Source: Balanoglossus misakiensis
Taxonomy: Eukaryota; Animalia; Hemichordata
DNA: 64,000 nt
Assembly: GCA_040954595.2 (NCBI GenBank)
Contig: CM082595.2
Location: 9,475,918-9,539,917 of the forward strand
Direction: 5' to 3'
Shown here: positions 26,036 to 39,957 of the stretch, one piece after another
How the letters are laid out: every line of letters begins with the position of its first letter
How positions within the stretch are numbered: the first letter of the stretch is position 1
Position numbers and translations under genes: made by a program
The notes under the pieces: generated by a model
What the model was told of the DNA's origin: nothing
The model's input: the letters and a program-made list of their open reading frames with translations, nothing else
Databases searched by the model: none

Positions 26036-29000
26036 ATTCAGAACTACCTAGTCTATGCCCGGCAGTGTTCTGTCCGCTTTGCTTCCAAAACTAATGTCTG
26101 GCCTCACTCATGCCACTTGCCCAATAAACTAATACCCCTTGCTGGGAATTATGATGTAACTAGCGTCGCTTTGAAGCCTATCACATTACTGAACAGTGTT
26201 GATTTGGTGTAAGATTATAGTGAAGGCAGGGCTTATTACATTGAAAATGCTACCCAACCTTAATTACACGTATGTATATCCTTTGTCTAATCATTGGAAA
26301 AACAATGTACATGTACCAAAGACTAAGTAGCTATTTGATGGTGAATCGCAAGTGGGCACTTTCATTACTTAACCTCAAGCAGTCGGTTAGCTACCGTATA
26401 CTAAGACAAACATTCCTGGTGTAATTAACATCACTGTCATTAGTAATATCTATCTCCAATCAGTATCAGTTCTGCCTTTATGTTATTTTAAGTCAATTGT
26501 CAAGGTTCATGTACATATATTACAGCTTAACTGTCTTGTCAAAAACTTACGCATGTACATGTACCTAATTCTAGGCTTACCTGTAGGGTTAGAGATACAG
26601 TGTTTTATATTAATATGCATTAATATGAAACTAAAATTTGATGGTTAATTTAAGACCCCCCTGAGCAATGGTAACCTCGTTAAATATGTGCATATCTAAT
26701 TCTAGGCTATTCAGCTGAAGTAGAAACCTGGACATGGACAACTTCGGGGTCAAAATCTTTTGACAAACATTTGTGTGATCTTGGGTAAACTTTGACCTAC
26801 ATTCCTATATTTTAGCATCCGGAGCAGATACAACCTTGACACTTGGAGTGATGGAACTATTTGATTGAGTATTATGTCTTGCCTCATTAATTATGTACTT
26901 ACCTAATGCCAGCCTAACCAATAGGGCTGGAAGTCTGGCTTTTTGGACATGATAAATTTGAGATCAACATTTTTCTACAGCAGCCAGCCTTCTCTTAAAA
27001 AGAATGGACAATATAAAGGCTTTGATGGTATACTGAACTTTTGACTCCCTCCCTGAGACTGTGTGCCAATGACGGGATAGCCTACTCAGCGTTGGGTAGA
27101 TCCTAAGAAGGCCTCAGCCAGGCATCAAATACAAAAAGCGGAAATCCAAGCTTTAATGGTGGGTTACATCGTTAACTTCCCTGCAGAGCTGATTTCTCAG
27201 ACTGTGAGCCAATGACGGGTAAAGCCCCTAGGTAGGGGCCACCTAAGACAGGCCGGTCATGCTTTAATCACAAAGAAGGGCAAGTTTAGTCTTACCACAA
27301 CTTTGTCTGCTGTATATGCTTCATAAAGATTGCAGAGTATTTTGAGAATACATTGTGTTAAGGCAGTGTGACCAGCTAAAAAGTACTGGCAAACACAGCC
27401 AATGTGTAATGAAAAACATCTAATTTGGCTGAATAAAAGACATAAAACACAGCAAAAGCACTGTGACTAGCTGAGACATAATACTCCATTATGCAGTTCC
27501 ATCACTCCAAGTGTCAGGGATGTATCTGTGCCGGATGCCAAGATATAGGAATGTAGGTCAAAGTTTACCCAAGATCACCCAACATTTTGTCAAAAGATTT
27601 TGACCCCAAAGTTGTCCATGTCCAGGTTTCTACCGCAACTGGATAGCCTAGAATTAGATATGTACATATTTAATGAGGTTACCATGGATCAAGGCAGTCC
27701 TAAGTAAACCATCAAATTTTTAGTTTCATGTTAATTCATGTTAATATAAAACGCTGTATCTCTAACCCACTGGTATGCCATTCTGTGTTTCATGCTACCC
27801 AATATGGGTAAGTAGGTAAAAAGTCACCCTAGGCCATTTGAAATTTTGCTGAAAAAATCACGTCTCTTACATATGTACATTTGGTAAAAGGGAAATTTTA
27901 ATCACGGAGTAGAACATATTCATAAAAAATATTTGAGGGAAAGAAGGAAGTTTTTCATAGCTTTGGTGCGTCAAATAGTAGAGAGGTTCCCTTGTTATCC
28001 TTAGACTCAAACTCAGAGTTTCCAATCTTTCAGTATTTTCATGATATTACTTTCCATCTTAGATTTGTTCATCTAAACAAACTGACTGATAGGTATACAT
28101 GAACATTTTATTGACTAATGAATGTGCCTGTATGTTGCAATTTAAAGAAGTCAGATATTAAACGAGCGCCACACCTGTTTTAATCAGCCTCCATATGGAG
28201 GGTACACATCGCAGAGAGATGACAAACCCCATGCAAATTCAAGTAATATGGCTCAATGGTGCTGATTTTAAAGGATAGGTGGATGATTTGAAAAATGTTA
28301 TTGTGGAAAAAGATGTGTAAAATTTGGCAGCTTGTGAGGCTTTAATTGTAAAATCTTTGAAATGTGTTTTACTCTTTAGGTCCAATTTTGTATATGTCAA
28401 TATACCATTGGGACCAATGTGAAATTGTTCTAAACTCAGAAACTCAAGAAGGTACTGGTCAGATTGCTTTAGAAATTGGTGTGTATTTATGTTATTGAGA
28501 CTTTATACAGATTTTATTTTTCATTTTTGAAGTATATTTTGGGGTGATTTTGGTCGTCATATACTCAGAAACCTCAACCCACATTTTTTTTAAAATTTGG
28601 TTTGCATGTTCTTAGGTGTGATTTTATGACAATTTAACAAACCCAGTGATGGAAGTGACAATATTTTTTTTTTTTTTTTTGGCAATTACTGCCATTTTTG
28701 TCTGATTGCTTTGCAATTTAGTTTGCAGTTTCTAGGGAATTCTTACTGTGGTGCACAAAATTCAGAAAGGTGATTTACTATCCTCATGCGCTTTGTTGAA
28801 CTGGCACCCTGTTGCAAAACAGACATTACAACACTCTTTGAATTGAATTCATAGCTACCAATTTTTCGGGGGTGTAGCACCTTTTTTATGCCTAAAACTT
28901 TGATCGAGAACTTCAAATTAAATGCAACCCTCCAAATATTTGCAATATTTCAGGTATAATGATTTAATTTTAAAGCATAAATTTTGATGTATTCATAATC

Positions 29001-30249
29001 ATTAAGAGAAACACATTTTGAAAATAGAATATTAATCACACTAGCAGTCATAATACTTTTGAATCATCACTAAAGAACATATAGAAAAATTAAACAGGTG
29101 TTAATTATTTATATTTGAACGCAAAGCGTAAATTCCCTTGTGCCATGGAATTGACAATCTGCAACTGGTGGGGTCCTTCTGCCAGTAAAAAGCATCAGAT
29201 AAATTCTGCATGCTCATCACCGAGGCAATTTAGGTGTACTTTTGTACTTTAAGAACTGTCGGTTTTCGCAACTGAAACTCTGTTCACAGGACAGAGGAAA
29301 AACTAGAATGACAACAGCTATGTAAGCTAACAAAAGGAACACAGAGCATAGTTCTCCATACTCACATTTTAATGCAATAATTTTTGCTGAAACTGGGGCG
29401 TCCGTGGGCAGGCAAAGGCAGTTCTAACTCGACTTGCAAATAAGGCCCATGTCTCTTGTTCGCTGAGATTGTCTGGTTCTAATAATAGCTGTAAGAACTT
29501 GATCATTGACCGAACTGTTGGTTCAATTTTGCAACATTTTATGATTTCAAGCTGTGCAATATTTGCAACTCAGTTTCAACTTTGGTTGGAGGGATGATGA
29601 TGAAGCCATTTCACTGACAAAATAGCGCTACTGACTGATGTCAATGTTTGTTTACAGTCAAATGCATTGCCATCATAAAAATACATGTGAGAAATGTCTT
29701 ATGTGTATGATACACACTTTTGTGCATGACTGCAAACTGTGTTACAGTTGTGAAATTCTAAGGGTTGAATTCATTGGGTAGAATTCATGTTTTTTGGATT
29801 CTTAAACAACCAGTCACGAAAGCTAAGTGGTTACCTCAGAGAAACTGTGTTAAATTTGGTCATCAATTGCTTTAAATCACACAAGACATTCCCAGAGCTA
29901 AAGTTACTGCAGCAGTCAGTTTCAACTCAGCTTGCAAATTGGGATCATGTCTTGTGTTCATCGAGACTGTCTGTAGTCGAGTTGACAGTCCTATGGGGTC
30001 AATGATGAACCTACAAATGTTCTTTCCAATGAAATTGTTATAAATCTAATATTCAGGATTTGCATTCATACCTTAAACAATATAACTGTATTGCAAATAT
30101 GGCAACTCTTCTAAGTTACATTGGAACACCTTCTCGCCACTGTTTGTGCCAAAATGGTGAATAAGCTTTCATTTTCAAGCCTTAACATAGGCACCCAAAA
30201 CAAGACAACAGCATTGCAAATATGGCATTTTTTGTTCAACTCTTCTCAT

Positions 30250-30900
30250 TTGCATAGTCCAAAATGGCCGCCAAACTCCTCTAACATGTAAATTTCCTAT
30301 GGTCGTCTTAAATAGTGTGTAGTATCGCATTTGAAGGGTTTTCATCAATATGGGTACCTAAAACAATTTCAACGTGGTTGACATTGCAATGTTAGACAGC
30401 TGTTCTAATTTGCATGATCTAGAATGGCCGACAAACTTCTCTAACATGTAAATTTACTATGGTTGTCTTTAATAGTGTGTAATATCGCATTTGCAGGGTT
30501 TTTATCAATATGGGTACCTAAAACAATTTCAACGTCGTTGACATGGCAATATTAGACAGCTGTTCTAATTTGCATAATCCAAAATGGCCACCAAACTCTT
30601 CTTAAATGTAAATTTCCCTGTTTTGTCTTATATGGTGCCTAAAATCGCATTTGCAGGGTTTTCATCAATATGGGTAACTAAAACAATTTCAGCGTGGTTG
30701 ACATGGCAATATTAGACAACTGTACTAATTTGCATAATCCAAAATGGCCGACAAACTTCTCTAACATGTAAATTTCCCTGGTTTGTCTTATATGGTGTGT
30801 AATATCGCATTTTCACGGTTTTAATTAATATGGGTACCTAAAACAATTTCAACGTGGTTGACATGGCAATATTAGACAACTGTTCTAATTTGCATAATTC
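30250..30900. repeat. 160-bp tandem repeat, ~4 copies (about 1.5 copies at mirrored 4680-4900)
   Basis: a(a/g)aatggcc at 30261, 30421, 30581 and 30741. Confidence 0.9.
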
Positions 30901-31507
30901 GAGCACCTGCTGGATAATTTAATTTTTGCCCTTCTTGTCCCATGATTATATGTGTAATATCTCATTTTCAATGTGTTTACATGTATATATGCAGAATCCA
31001 TTTCAAACTAAGTGGGCATATTGTAGCGCCAATCTTATTTCTTAATCCGCACCACAGAACTGATGCAAGGTTTAGGACTGGAAATGTATGTGGCCACTGG
31101 CCGACACCCCGGGCGAGAGGTCTCCAATTATTTTCAGCACGTAGTGTGCTTCCCGGTTGATAACATCAATATGTGTAAATGCCAAAAACCCGACCTATTG
31201 TAATACCAGTCAAATTTTCTTTGTCATTTACCATTTTTCTCTTGCATATGAACGTTTTTCTTAAAGAGTACATACCCATATACATTTGTATGGGAGCACA
31301 CATCCCCACCCCCTGCCAACAATAATTGGACAACTTTATTCTTCTTATACTTCTTTTTAGTCTAAACATTCATATAGAGAAGGCAACATGTTCTTGAAGC
31401 TGCTGACTATGGAAATATGATGAAGTACATTTTCCTAGTTGTACATGTACAGTATGATAGGCCCAATGTACCAATTGGAGATGTGTGCCTTACAGGCAAC
31501 ATACATG

Positions 31508-33798
31508 TAGCTCTGCATGGCCTGGTTAATCAATGTTGACGCAAAGGTTGACCCTACCAAACACTCAAAATTAATGGGCACGACACTGGCCACTAGCTCT
31601 GCATGGCCTGGTTAATCAATGTTGATGCAAAGGTTGACCCCACCAAACACTCAAAATTGATGGGCACGACACTGGCCACTAGCTCTGCATGGCCTGGTTA
31701 ATCAATGTTGACGCAAAGGTTGACCCCACCAAACACTCAAAATTGATGGGCACGACACTGGCCACTAGCTCTGCATGGCCTGGTTAATCAATGTTGACGC
31801 AAAGGTTGACCCCACCAAACACTCAAAATTAATGGGCACGACACTGGCCACTACAATGTAGCTCTGCATGGCCTGGTTAATCAATGTTGACGCAAAGGTT
31901 GAACCCACCAAACACTCAAAATTGATGGGCACGACACTGGCCACTAGCTCTGCATGGCCTGGTTAATCAATGTTGACGCAAAGGTTGACCCCACCAAACA
32001 CTCAAAATTGATGGGCACGACACTGGCCACTAGCTCTGCATGGCCTGGTTAATCAATGTTGACGCAAAGGTTGACCCCACCAAACACTCAAAATTGATGG
32101 GCACGACACTGGCCACTAGCTCTGCATGGCCTGGTTAATCAAGGTTGACGCAAAGGTTGACCCCACCAAACACTCAAAATTGATGGGCACGACACTGGCC
32201 ACTAGCTCTGCATGGCCTGGCTAATCAAGGTTGACGCAAAGGTTGACCCACCAAACACTCAAAATTGATGGGCACGACACTGGCCACTAGCTCTGCATGG
32301 CCTGGCTAATCAAGGTTGACGCAAAGGTTGACCCCACCAAACACTCAAAATTGATGGGCACGACACTGGCCACTAGCTCTACATGGCCTGGCTAATCAAG
32401 GTTGACGCAAAGGTTGATCCCACCAAACACTCAAAATTAATGGGCGCGACACTGGCCACTAGCTCTGGCCTGGCTAATCAATGTTGACGCAAGGGTTGAC
32501 CCCACCAAACACTCAAAATTGATGGGCACGACACTGGCCACTAGCTCTGGCCTGGCTAATCAAGGTTGACGCAAAGGTTGACCCCACCAAACACTCAAAA
32601 TTGATGGGCACGACACTGGCCACTAGCTCTGGCCTGGCTAATCAAGGTTGACGCAAGGGTTTACCCCACCAAACATTCAAAATTAATGGGCGCAACACTG
32701 GCCACTAAGCTCTGGCCTGGCTAATCAATGTTGACGCAAGGGTTGACCCCACCAAACACTCATAATTGATGGGCACGACACTGGCCACTAGCTCTGGCCT
32801 GGCTAATCAATGTTGACGCAAGGGTTGACCCCACCAAACACTCATAATTGATGGGCACGACACTGGCCACTAGCTCTGGCCTGGCTAATCAAGGTTGACG
32901 CAAGGGTTGACCCCACCAAACACTCAAAATTGATGGGCACGACACTGGCCACTAGCTCTGGCCTGGCTAATCAATGTTGACGCAAGGGTTGACCCCACCA
33001 AACACTCAAAATTGATGGGCACGACACTGGCCACTAGCTCTGGCCTGGCTAATCCAGGTTGACGCAAGGGTTGACCCCACCAAACACTCAAAATTAATGG
33101 GCGCGACACTGGCCACTAAGCTCTGGCCTGGCTAATCAAGGTTGACGCAAGGGTTGACCCCACCAAACACTCAAAATTGATGGGCACGACACTGGCCACT
33201 AAGCTCTGGCCTGGTTAATCAATGTTGACGCAAAGGTTGACCCCACCAAACACTCAAAATTAATGGGAACGACACTGGCCACTAGCTCTGCATGGCCTGG
33301 TTTATCAATGTTGACGCAAAGGTTGACCCCACCAAACACTCAAAATTAATGGGCACGACACTGGCCACTAGCTCTGCATGGCCTGGTTAATCAATGTTGA
33401 CGCAAAGGTTGACCCCACCAAACACTCAAAATTAATGGGCACGACACTGGCTACTAGCTCTGCATGGCATGGTTAATCAATGTTGACGCAAAGGTTGACC
33501 CCACCAAACACTCAAAATTAATGGGCACGACACTGGCCACTAGCTCTGCATGGCCTGGTTAATCAATGTTGACGCAAAGGTTGACCCCACCAAACACTCA
33601 AAATTAATGGGCACGACACTGGCCACTAGCTCTGCATGGCCTGGTTAATCAATGTTGACGCAAAGGTTGACCCCACCAAACACTCAAAATTAATGGGCAC
33701 GACACTGGCCACTAGCTCTGCATGGCCTGGTTAATCAATGTTGACGCAAAGGTTGACCCCACCAAACACTCAAAATTAATGGGCACGACACTGGCCAC
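31508..33798. repeat. satellite array, ~27 units of 86 bp (82-bp variant in the middle)
   Basis: Unit tagctctgcatggcctggttaatcaatgttgacgcaaaggttgaccccaccaaacactcaaaattgatgggcacgacactggccac; period 86 (32031 to 32117) and 82 (32460 to 32542). Confidence 0.97.
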
Positions 33799-34105
33799 TA
33801 CATGTATTTGTGATATTTTACATGGTTAACCACGCCTTGAGAAAAGTAATCATAAGAGAACTTTGTTTCCAAAGTTAGGGGAGAATAATCTAACGGGAGA
33901 TGGGAGTACCTCAGGCTACTGAGCTCGTTCCCTTCCTCATGTACTTTACTGGGCGTATTTGATGTACTATAATAATTCCGGACAATAAATGAACGTAAAT
34001 CAAATACGTTTCTCCGTGGATCACGGTTCTCGTCAGAGCCCGTTACCTCATCGCTACAGATTCCCCGATGCATGAACAATCATGAGAAACCAGCGGTAAT
34101 ACAAG

Positions 34106-34645
34106 TGTCACGATTGAGTTTTAACGATCATAGATCTTGTTTATGATTATGTAAGAAGTCGTTCACTTATATGGTTTTAGTCCAGTATTGACATTGGTAC
34201 TTGACCCAGAGTAAACAACATTGTGTAATTGATACATGTCAGAACGAGATAGAGATATCACGCGCTAAGTTCATGTTTAAGAAATATCAAGATGACGTGT
34301 TCCTTTTATGACTTAATACTTGACTAACGTATTAATAAGGTGTGGTGAAATTTGAGATCACACATTTATCACCGGAGATCCGTGATGGGAGTCAACGAGC
34401 ATGGATCGAGTCGTGTAATTCTTACGTGTGACCAGTAATAAACCAGAACTTTGTGTTACTCGGAAAACTTCTTGCAAGTCTCTGTCTACGAAAGGTTTAC
34501 GATCTGCCGGGTACCTCTCTCGGACTTTATGAATATGTTGGGTGGAGAAGGAGATGAAGAGAATGTACGCCGTCAGCTTTCGGACGTGGCTGATTCCCCA
34601 CAGAAGCCGATGAGGTAAACGTCCGGAGGACGACCGGCCGTAACA
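34106..34645 (+). mobile_element. probable solo LTR
   Basis: TGTCACG...CGTAACA termini, flanks ACAAG/ACAAA (4 of 5 TSD match), internal AATAAA at ~34437. Confidence 0.6.
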
Positions 34646-34798
34646 ACAAACTGCATGAATTAAAGTTCAACAATCCTTAGAAGACAGGAACGTCAGAGGT
34701 TGAATCTTGATGGGAAAAGGCGAGGTATCGCTGGTTATCATCGGCGTACTGATGAAATTGTAGGATGTGGGGACGAATCGGTTTACTATAAAGTTGGG

Positions 34799-34981
34799 CT
34801 ATATAAATGGTGAACAACAGAGGGGCAGTGGCACCCCGTATACGAGAGGTGACTGTGAACTTGCAGTGTTTTCGATGATTACAGTTTGATATCTATATTG
34901 AAGGTAAGATGTAAACCATGTTAGTACTGTGTCTGAGATGCCAAGGTTCGATAGTCTACAAAGAAGTATCCCGTGATGCAA
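34799..34981 (-). mobile_element. LINE (CR1/L2-like) reverse transcriptase fragment
   Basis: HHGILLCRLSNLGISDTVLTWFTSYLQYRYQTV...YGVP matches the non-LTR RT pattern DH.ILL.kL..GI.G..L.WF.SYL..R.Q.V...GVPQG. Confidence 0.85.
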
Positions 34982-37602
34982 ATGTACAACTGAAGAAAAA
35001 AGGAATCACAAATCTTAAAACTAAGATGCCGTTAAGAATTAAATTTCGCGAAAAGGAAGTGACGAAATACGTACATTTTCAGGTGCTCTACAACAAGTAG
35101 TCTCCCTATCATCCCTATTGGAGCATGCAGCTAAAATTTACCATGACGTCATTGATTCTACGCGAACGTTTTTCTAATGGCGATAAACATATTTTGTATA
35201 AATTGTGCTCAAACGCCCGTGAATCTCACTCGCAAAAATTCACAAGTGGCGCATACAACACTAGGAAGAAAATTGTTTAGCAGTCTATAGAGTTTGTGAC
35301 CTGAGATTTGGAAGTAAAAGTTAAACTTAAAAGTTGAGACAGAAGTGATTGAAGAGTAAAGAAACTTTTGAAGTGTTAAGAAAGTTATCGCATTCCTGAT
35401 GAAAAGAAAAGAAAATACAATACATTCATTGTTTTAAGGAACACAAGGAAGACAAGTACTATGCAATCAGAGTATGCATGGATCATTCATCTAAAAATAT
35501 ATCTCCGCGTCTTTTGGCGGGTAAAAATAAAATGCTGGAACGGTCTTTTGGATGGCGGTCTATTTGTGTCCTTCTTGTCCTCAGAACGCAAGTGGTCGAG
35601 TAGGTTTATTTCATTAAATTCTTATATTCTCAGTTGCTACCATAAATACCCAGTGTTCGTGTCGATGTATCTGGACGTCAGCACGATTCCATATAGGTAC
35701 CTCTCAGTATTAGCCAAGCGAGTTATCCCCATCGATAGAGTTTAATTCCCCGTTACATTCCCAACACCAATCCTCCCGCGTGACATTGAGGTTGAAGGTA
35801 TACAAACCTTAGGAATCATGCAACCATCCAGAAAGTGTAATAAATTTTGAAGCTATGATGTGAGTTTTCAGTTCGTTTCTTCTTTTGATTTGTTGATGTA
35901 ACATTGTGCGTTTTAAATAAAAGATAAAAAAATGTACAGCAATGACGTCACAAAATTCACTGGTATTGATAAAGCTATATTATATCATATATTATATGTG
36001 TTAAATACTACCGTATCTCATTATTGCAGTATTTCGTGCTTTAACACAAAATACGCGAATAGGGTTTAATACAAAACTAAATGACACAATTTCTGTTTCT
36101 TTGCCAAAATTCTTAATCACAAGATCAACCCATCCTTACGCCTCTACTCTATTGCTAAGAGAAACCAGCGTCCGTAACATGCATTGTGAAACCCCTCAAC
36201 AACATGCATGTCAACACTTCATTTTTTCTCCAGCATTGTCAGTTTGGTACCCTGACAACTCACGGGGCATCATGGGACAATATTAAAGCTGATTCAGTGT
36301 TTATGTGCATAAAACACACGGCGGTGGAAACATTCGTTTTAAATTATTGTGGACGCGCGCACGCCCTTGTCTGTGTACAGGTACTTGATGCTTGTCTACA
36401 GTCACGTGAAACGCTGTTGGTAGTACCCTAGAAGATAGATATCTTTAATCAGAACTTTGGTAAGGAAGGTTTGAGAAGTCCATTCTATGTAAAGAAAGTT
36501 TAAGAAGTGTGTTACCAAAGGGTGTGGGGGTGGCTGGGGGTCATCAATATATCACTCTGCATCACGTTCACAGAAAAGGTCGCGACACGCCCACAAATCC
36601 ACTCACGACTTGCGTCACCCGGTTACAGGAGTTCGTACAAAAGTGTGGTTTATGCACATTTACACTGAATCAGTTTTTTTGGCCCATGATGCCCATGGGC
36701 CAATACAGGCCACGATGCCTCCAGAATGATGATGGCAATGATGGTGATGATGATGATTGTGGTGGTGGTGGTGGTGGTGATTGAGCTTTAATTTCCCTTT
36801 CTTCCTGTCTAACCACTTCCTCTCTCACCTTCACTTATTCGGTCTCTCCCCTCCCCTTCTGTCAAAGTCCTCCCCTCATTCCCTTTCCATCCTGACATTC
36901 TCATTTCCGCCCTCTTGCTTTTCTTCTCCTTTCTCACATTCCTTTTCTCACCTCTCTCCCCCCTCCGTAACATGTTATGTAATATATAAAGTAAAAAAGT
37001 CCAAAGCATGATGTTATCACAGATGACATTTGGAATGTATTATTGTACTATCTGGTTTAATTTCAAACATAGTGGAGTTATTTATTGGCCAGTATTTAAG
37101 CATGTTTAAAGAAGTCAAACAGCATAATAGGCACATTTCATATCAAACAAAATTGACCAAATAAGCTCAAAAGAGGATTTGAACAATTTGTCCCTTTAAG
37201 TAATGTTCAATATTGGATTTACACTTGTGATTGTATGTCATCTCCCTTTTGTTAGAAACCTCACAGTCATATAATAAACAGGTGACCTGACAATCATTTG
37301 AAATACCAAACTTCGGCAGCTATTCCAGTTTGGTCCAAAAACCTAATTTTAACTGGCACCTCAACTTTAGGACTATTATGGATGTTGCTGAAACTTGAAG
37401 TGGGCTGCTTGTGAAGAGGAAGACGTGGAGTGTCTCTCAGACAATGCTGCGCTCAGTCAGAGATAAAGTCAAAATATGGATTTGACTTGCAACAGTAATT
37501 TGTTAGTTAAGTCAAATTCAACTTAAATATGTCTCTTTGGGTCAGTCTTAACGGGTGTAGCATGCTGGAAGGGTGTGCTTACCCATTTCCGACACCTAGT
37601 AC

Positions 37603-38053
37603 CACAGGGGGCTGCAAACATGAAAGTTATAAATGGCGAAGTACGTTCCATTCTGCGTTTTCCCAACCTGTCTTATCATTTGCTAATCCAGAATAAAAGC
37701 TATCCATTTCCCATTAATCACCTGCTAACGACTTAATCTGTGTGCCCCATCCATGGATTAAGTTAATAAAGTAAACATCGGTCAGCGAGTACTGGGTATT
37801 CTCTTACCAAGTGAGAACTGACCGATGTTTACTTAATCCACTAAAGCCGTGGATGGGGCACACAGATTAAGTCGTTAGCAGGTGCTTAATTGGAAATGCA
37901 ATAGTTTGTATTCTGGATTAGCAACTGCTAAGACAGGTGGAGGTAACACAGAAAAATAAACAAGCACAAAGACTGTTCATCAATTAATGTTTATTGGGGG
38001 AAAATGCAGGAACTCCGCCATTTATAACTTTCATGTTTGCAGCCCCCCCTGTG
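37603..38053. mobile_element. palindromic MITE
   Basis: Terminal CACAGGGGGCTGCAAACATGAAAGTTATAAATGGCG inverted at both ends; internal arms 37680-37790 vs 37820-37930. Confidence 0.85.
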
Positions 38054-39692
38054 CGAGTACTACCACTTAGCAGTGGTTCAAGATGATCCTGTTGAAATTG
38101 TAAGTTTTTCTCTTATTTCTTTTTTGAACCTGGACCTGGTAATTAGCTTAGCTTGAGTAATATTGATTATTGGACCTGGTTTGATGTCTTATTATAACAA
38201 CTACAGAAGAATCTCTGGACACAGTGAAATACACTCCAGGGTTATGGTAATGACTGACAAATTGTCAGTTTAAAAAAGTAGACAAAGAACTCAGTTAAAT
38301 ATTATAATAAAAATATGCTTTTAATATAAGGAAAAGGTACAATTGATATACTTGTAATTAAAACATAAATATAATGATGAAATTCTTCAACTGTTCTGTA
38401 GTTGCACCAGTATTTGTATAAGCTAAAAATGTTGACTTCTGGCAGGACAACTCAAACAGATATTAAACTTATTTATAGTACTTCCACTTCATGACTTTGT
38501 TCAAAAATTTCCCAAACTTATTTCATTGTTGATGAGTTGTCACCTCCGAACAACACAAAAAGGAACAGTTTGTATAAAAAAGTAATTTTGCATGAATCTT
38601 AAACATACATGCACAAGTTGAGTGAATAACACAATATAATCATATTCTACAATGAATTACAATATCAAGATTAAGGGTTTCACATATGACATTACATTGC
38701 TACATTTTATATACATGAATTTAATTTGAAAAATTTCCATTGATCTATAACACCATGAATAATATAAAAATATGCGAATAAATACTTTGAATTATTATAT
38801 ATACATGTCAGGTCTCAAAGTGAGTAACTATATTTCCATTCACCTATGAACTGGTTATTAACCAAATGAAATGATAGGATCTTTTATTTTGAGGATCTTA
38901 TAATTGTGATCATACACATCCATATTCCAAAATTCGCATGCCAAACAAATATCAGATTTATACGGCCAGTTGTAAAGACAGTACAAGGGGCAAAAAAATT
39001 GATAATAGTTAATCATCATCTCCCTTCTTTTACAGTCTTGGAGAATGGTGACGGTTGAAGTCAAATTAAAGAAAAATATCAAGAAAAATATCAAAATTTG
39101 AAGCACTAATTCAGGAGGATATATATCATCGGGAGGTAGTCACTGAATATATTGAGAGAAATAATTCATAATCTATGCATTTGGATGAAAAGACCTTCTA
39201 TCTGATCAAGTTAAGGATAAATGCTGCCTTGTATGAATACAGAAGCAAGTCAGCATGCAAAGGGAGAGCTGAATTGGTACACTGTTAAATTTGTCCTCCA
39301 AATTCAACAAAAATATGTTGTTGTTTAGGAATTCTCGTATTATCATATCTTTTTCATTACACAATACCTTATAATAAGTCATAACAAATTTTTAAGGAAA
39401 ATTCTTTAAAATATGTAAAATATATAGCCTTATAACCAACATACTTTAAAGATGATTATTTATGATCATTTCATTCAGATGTTGCTAAGAGTGTAATAAT
39501 AAAGATCTGTTTCACTCCAACCAATTTAATGTGCGCTTATCACAGTACTGTCGTCTGACAAAGCATAACTATTATTGTTATCATTTATGGGATTATACCA
39601 AGCTTATCACAGTACTGTGTCAACTCACAAAATGAAAACCATTCTAGTTATCATTTGAATTATACCATACATGTACACACAGAGATGGCACA

Positions 39693-39957
39693 TTAGAAGT
39701 ATCTGTCTCCGTGACTCTCATGAAATAGTTCATTTCTACTCTTAAGAGGCCTTGGTCTCCATTCCTCACTTCCACTGGCACTACCACTGTCGCCACTATA
39801 CATGGGATTGTAGTGATAGATTTCTCTGAAGGCTTCCTCATCTTCCACACTTTTCCCTGCCTTGCTATCAACATCATCTGTATCATCAAACCAATGGATA
39901 TCCATAGTTGCCTCTTGTTCTTCCCAGCCTGGATGTTTCTTTCCTCCAAGAGCACAC
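39693..39957 (-). CDS. last exon: acidic cytoplasmic tail with NPxY
   Basis: Phase-2 acceptor cag|g; CALGGKKHPGW...YHYNPMY...GDRYF*. Confidence 0.82.

Larger units (their letters stand above)
22133..29836. mobile_element. long-TIR (foldback-type) non-autonomous element, copy 2
   Basis: Same termini as copy 1; 22133-23035 is inverted relative to ~28970-29836 (~0.9 kb TIRs). Confidence 0.7.
21425..31503. repeat. right arm of giant imperfect inverted repeat
   Basis: Reverse complement of 3993-15126 with arm-specific insertions; ends abruptly where the 86-bp satellite starts. Confidence 0.92.

Noticed and set aside
31508-33798. CRISPR-like regular array
   Set aside because: Units are contiguous near-identical repeats with no unique spacers and no cas genes, in a eukaryotic context
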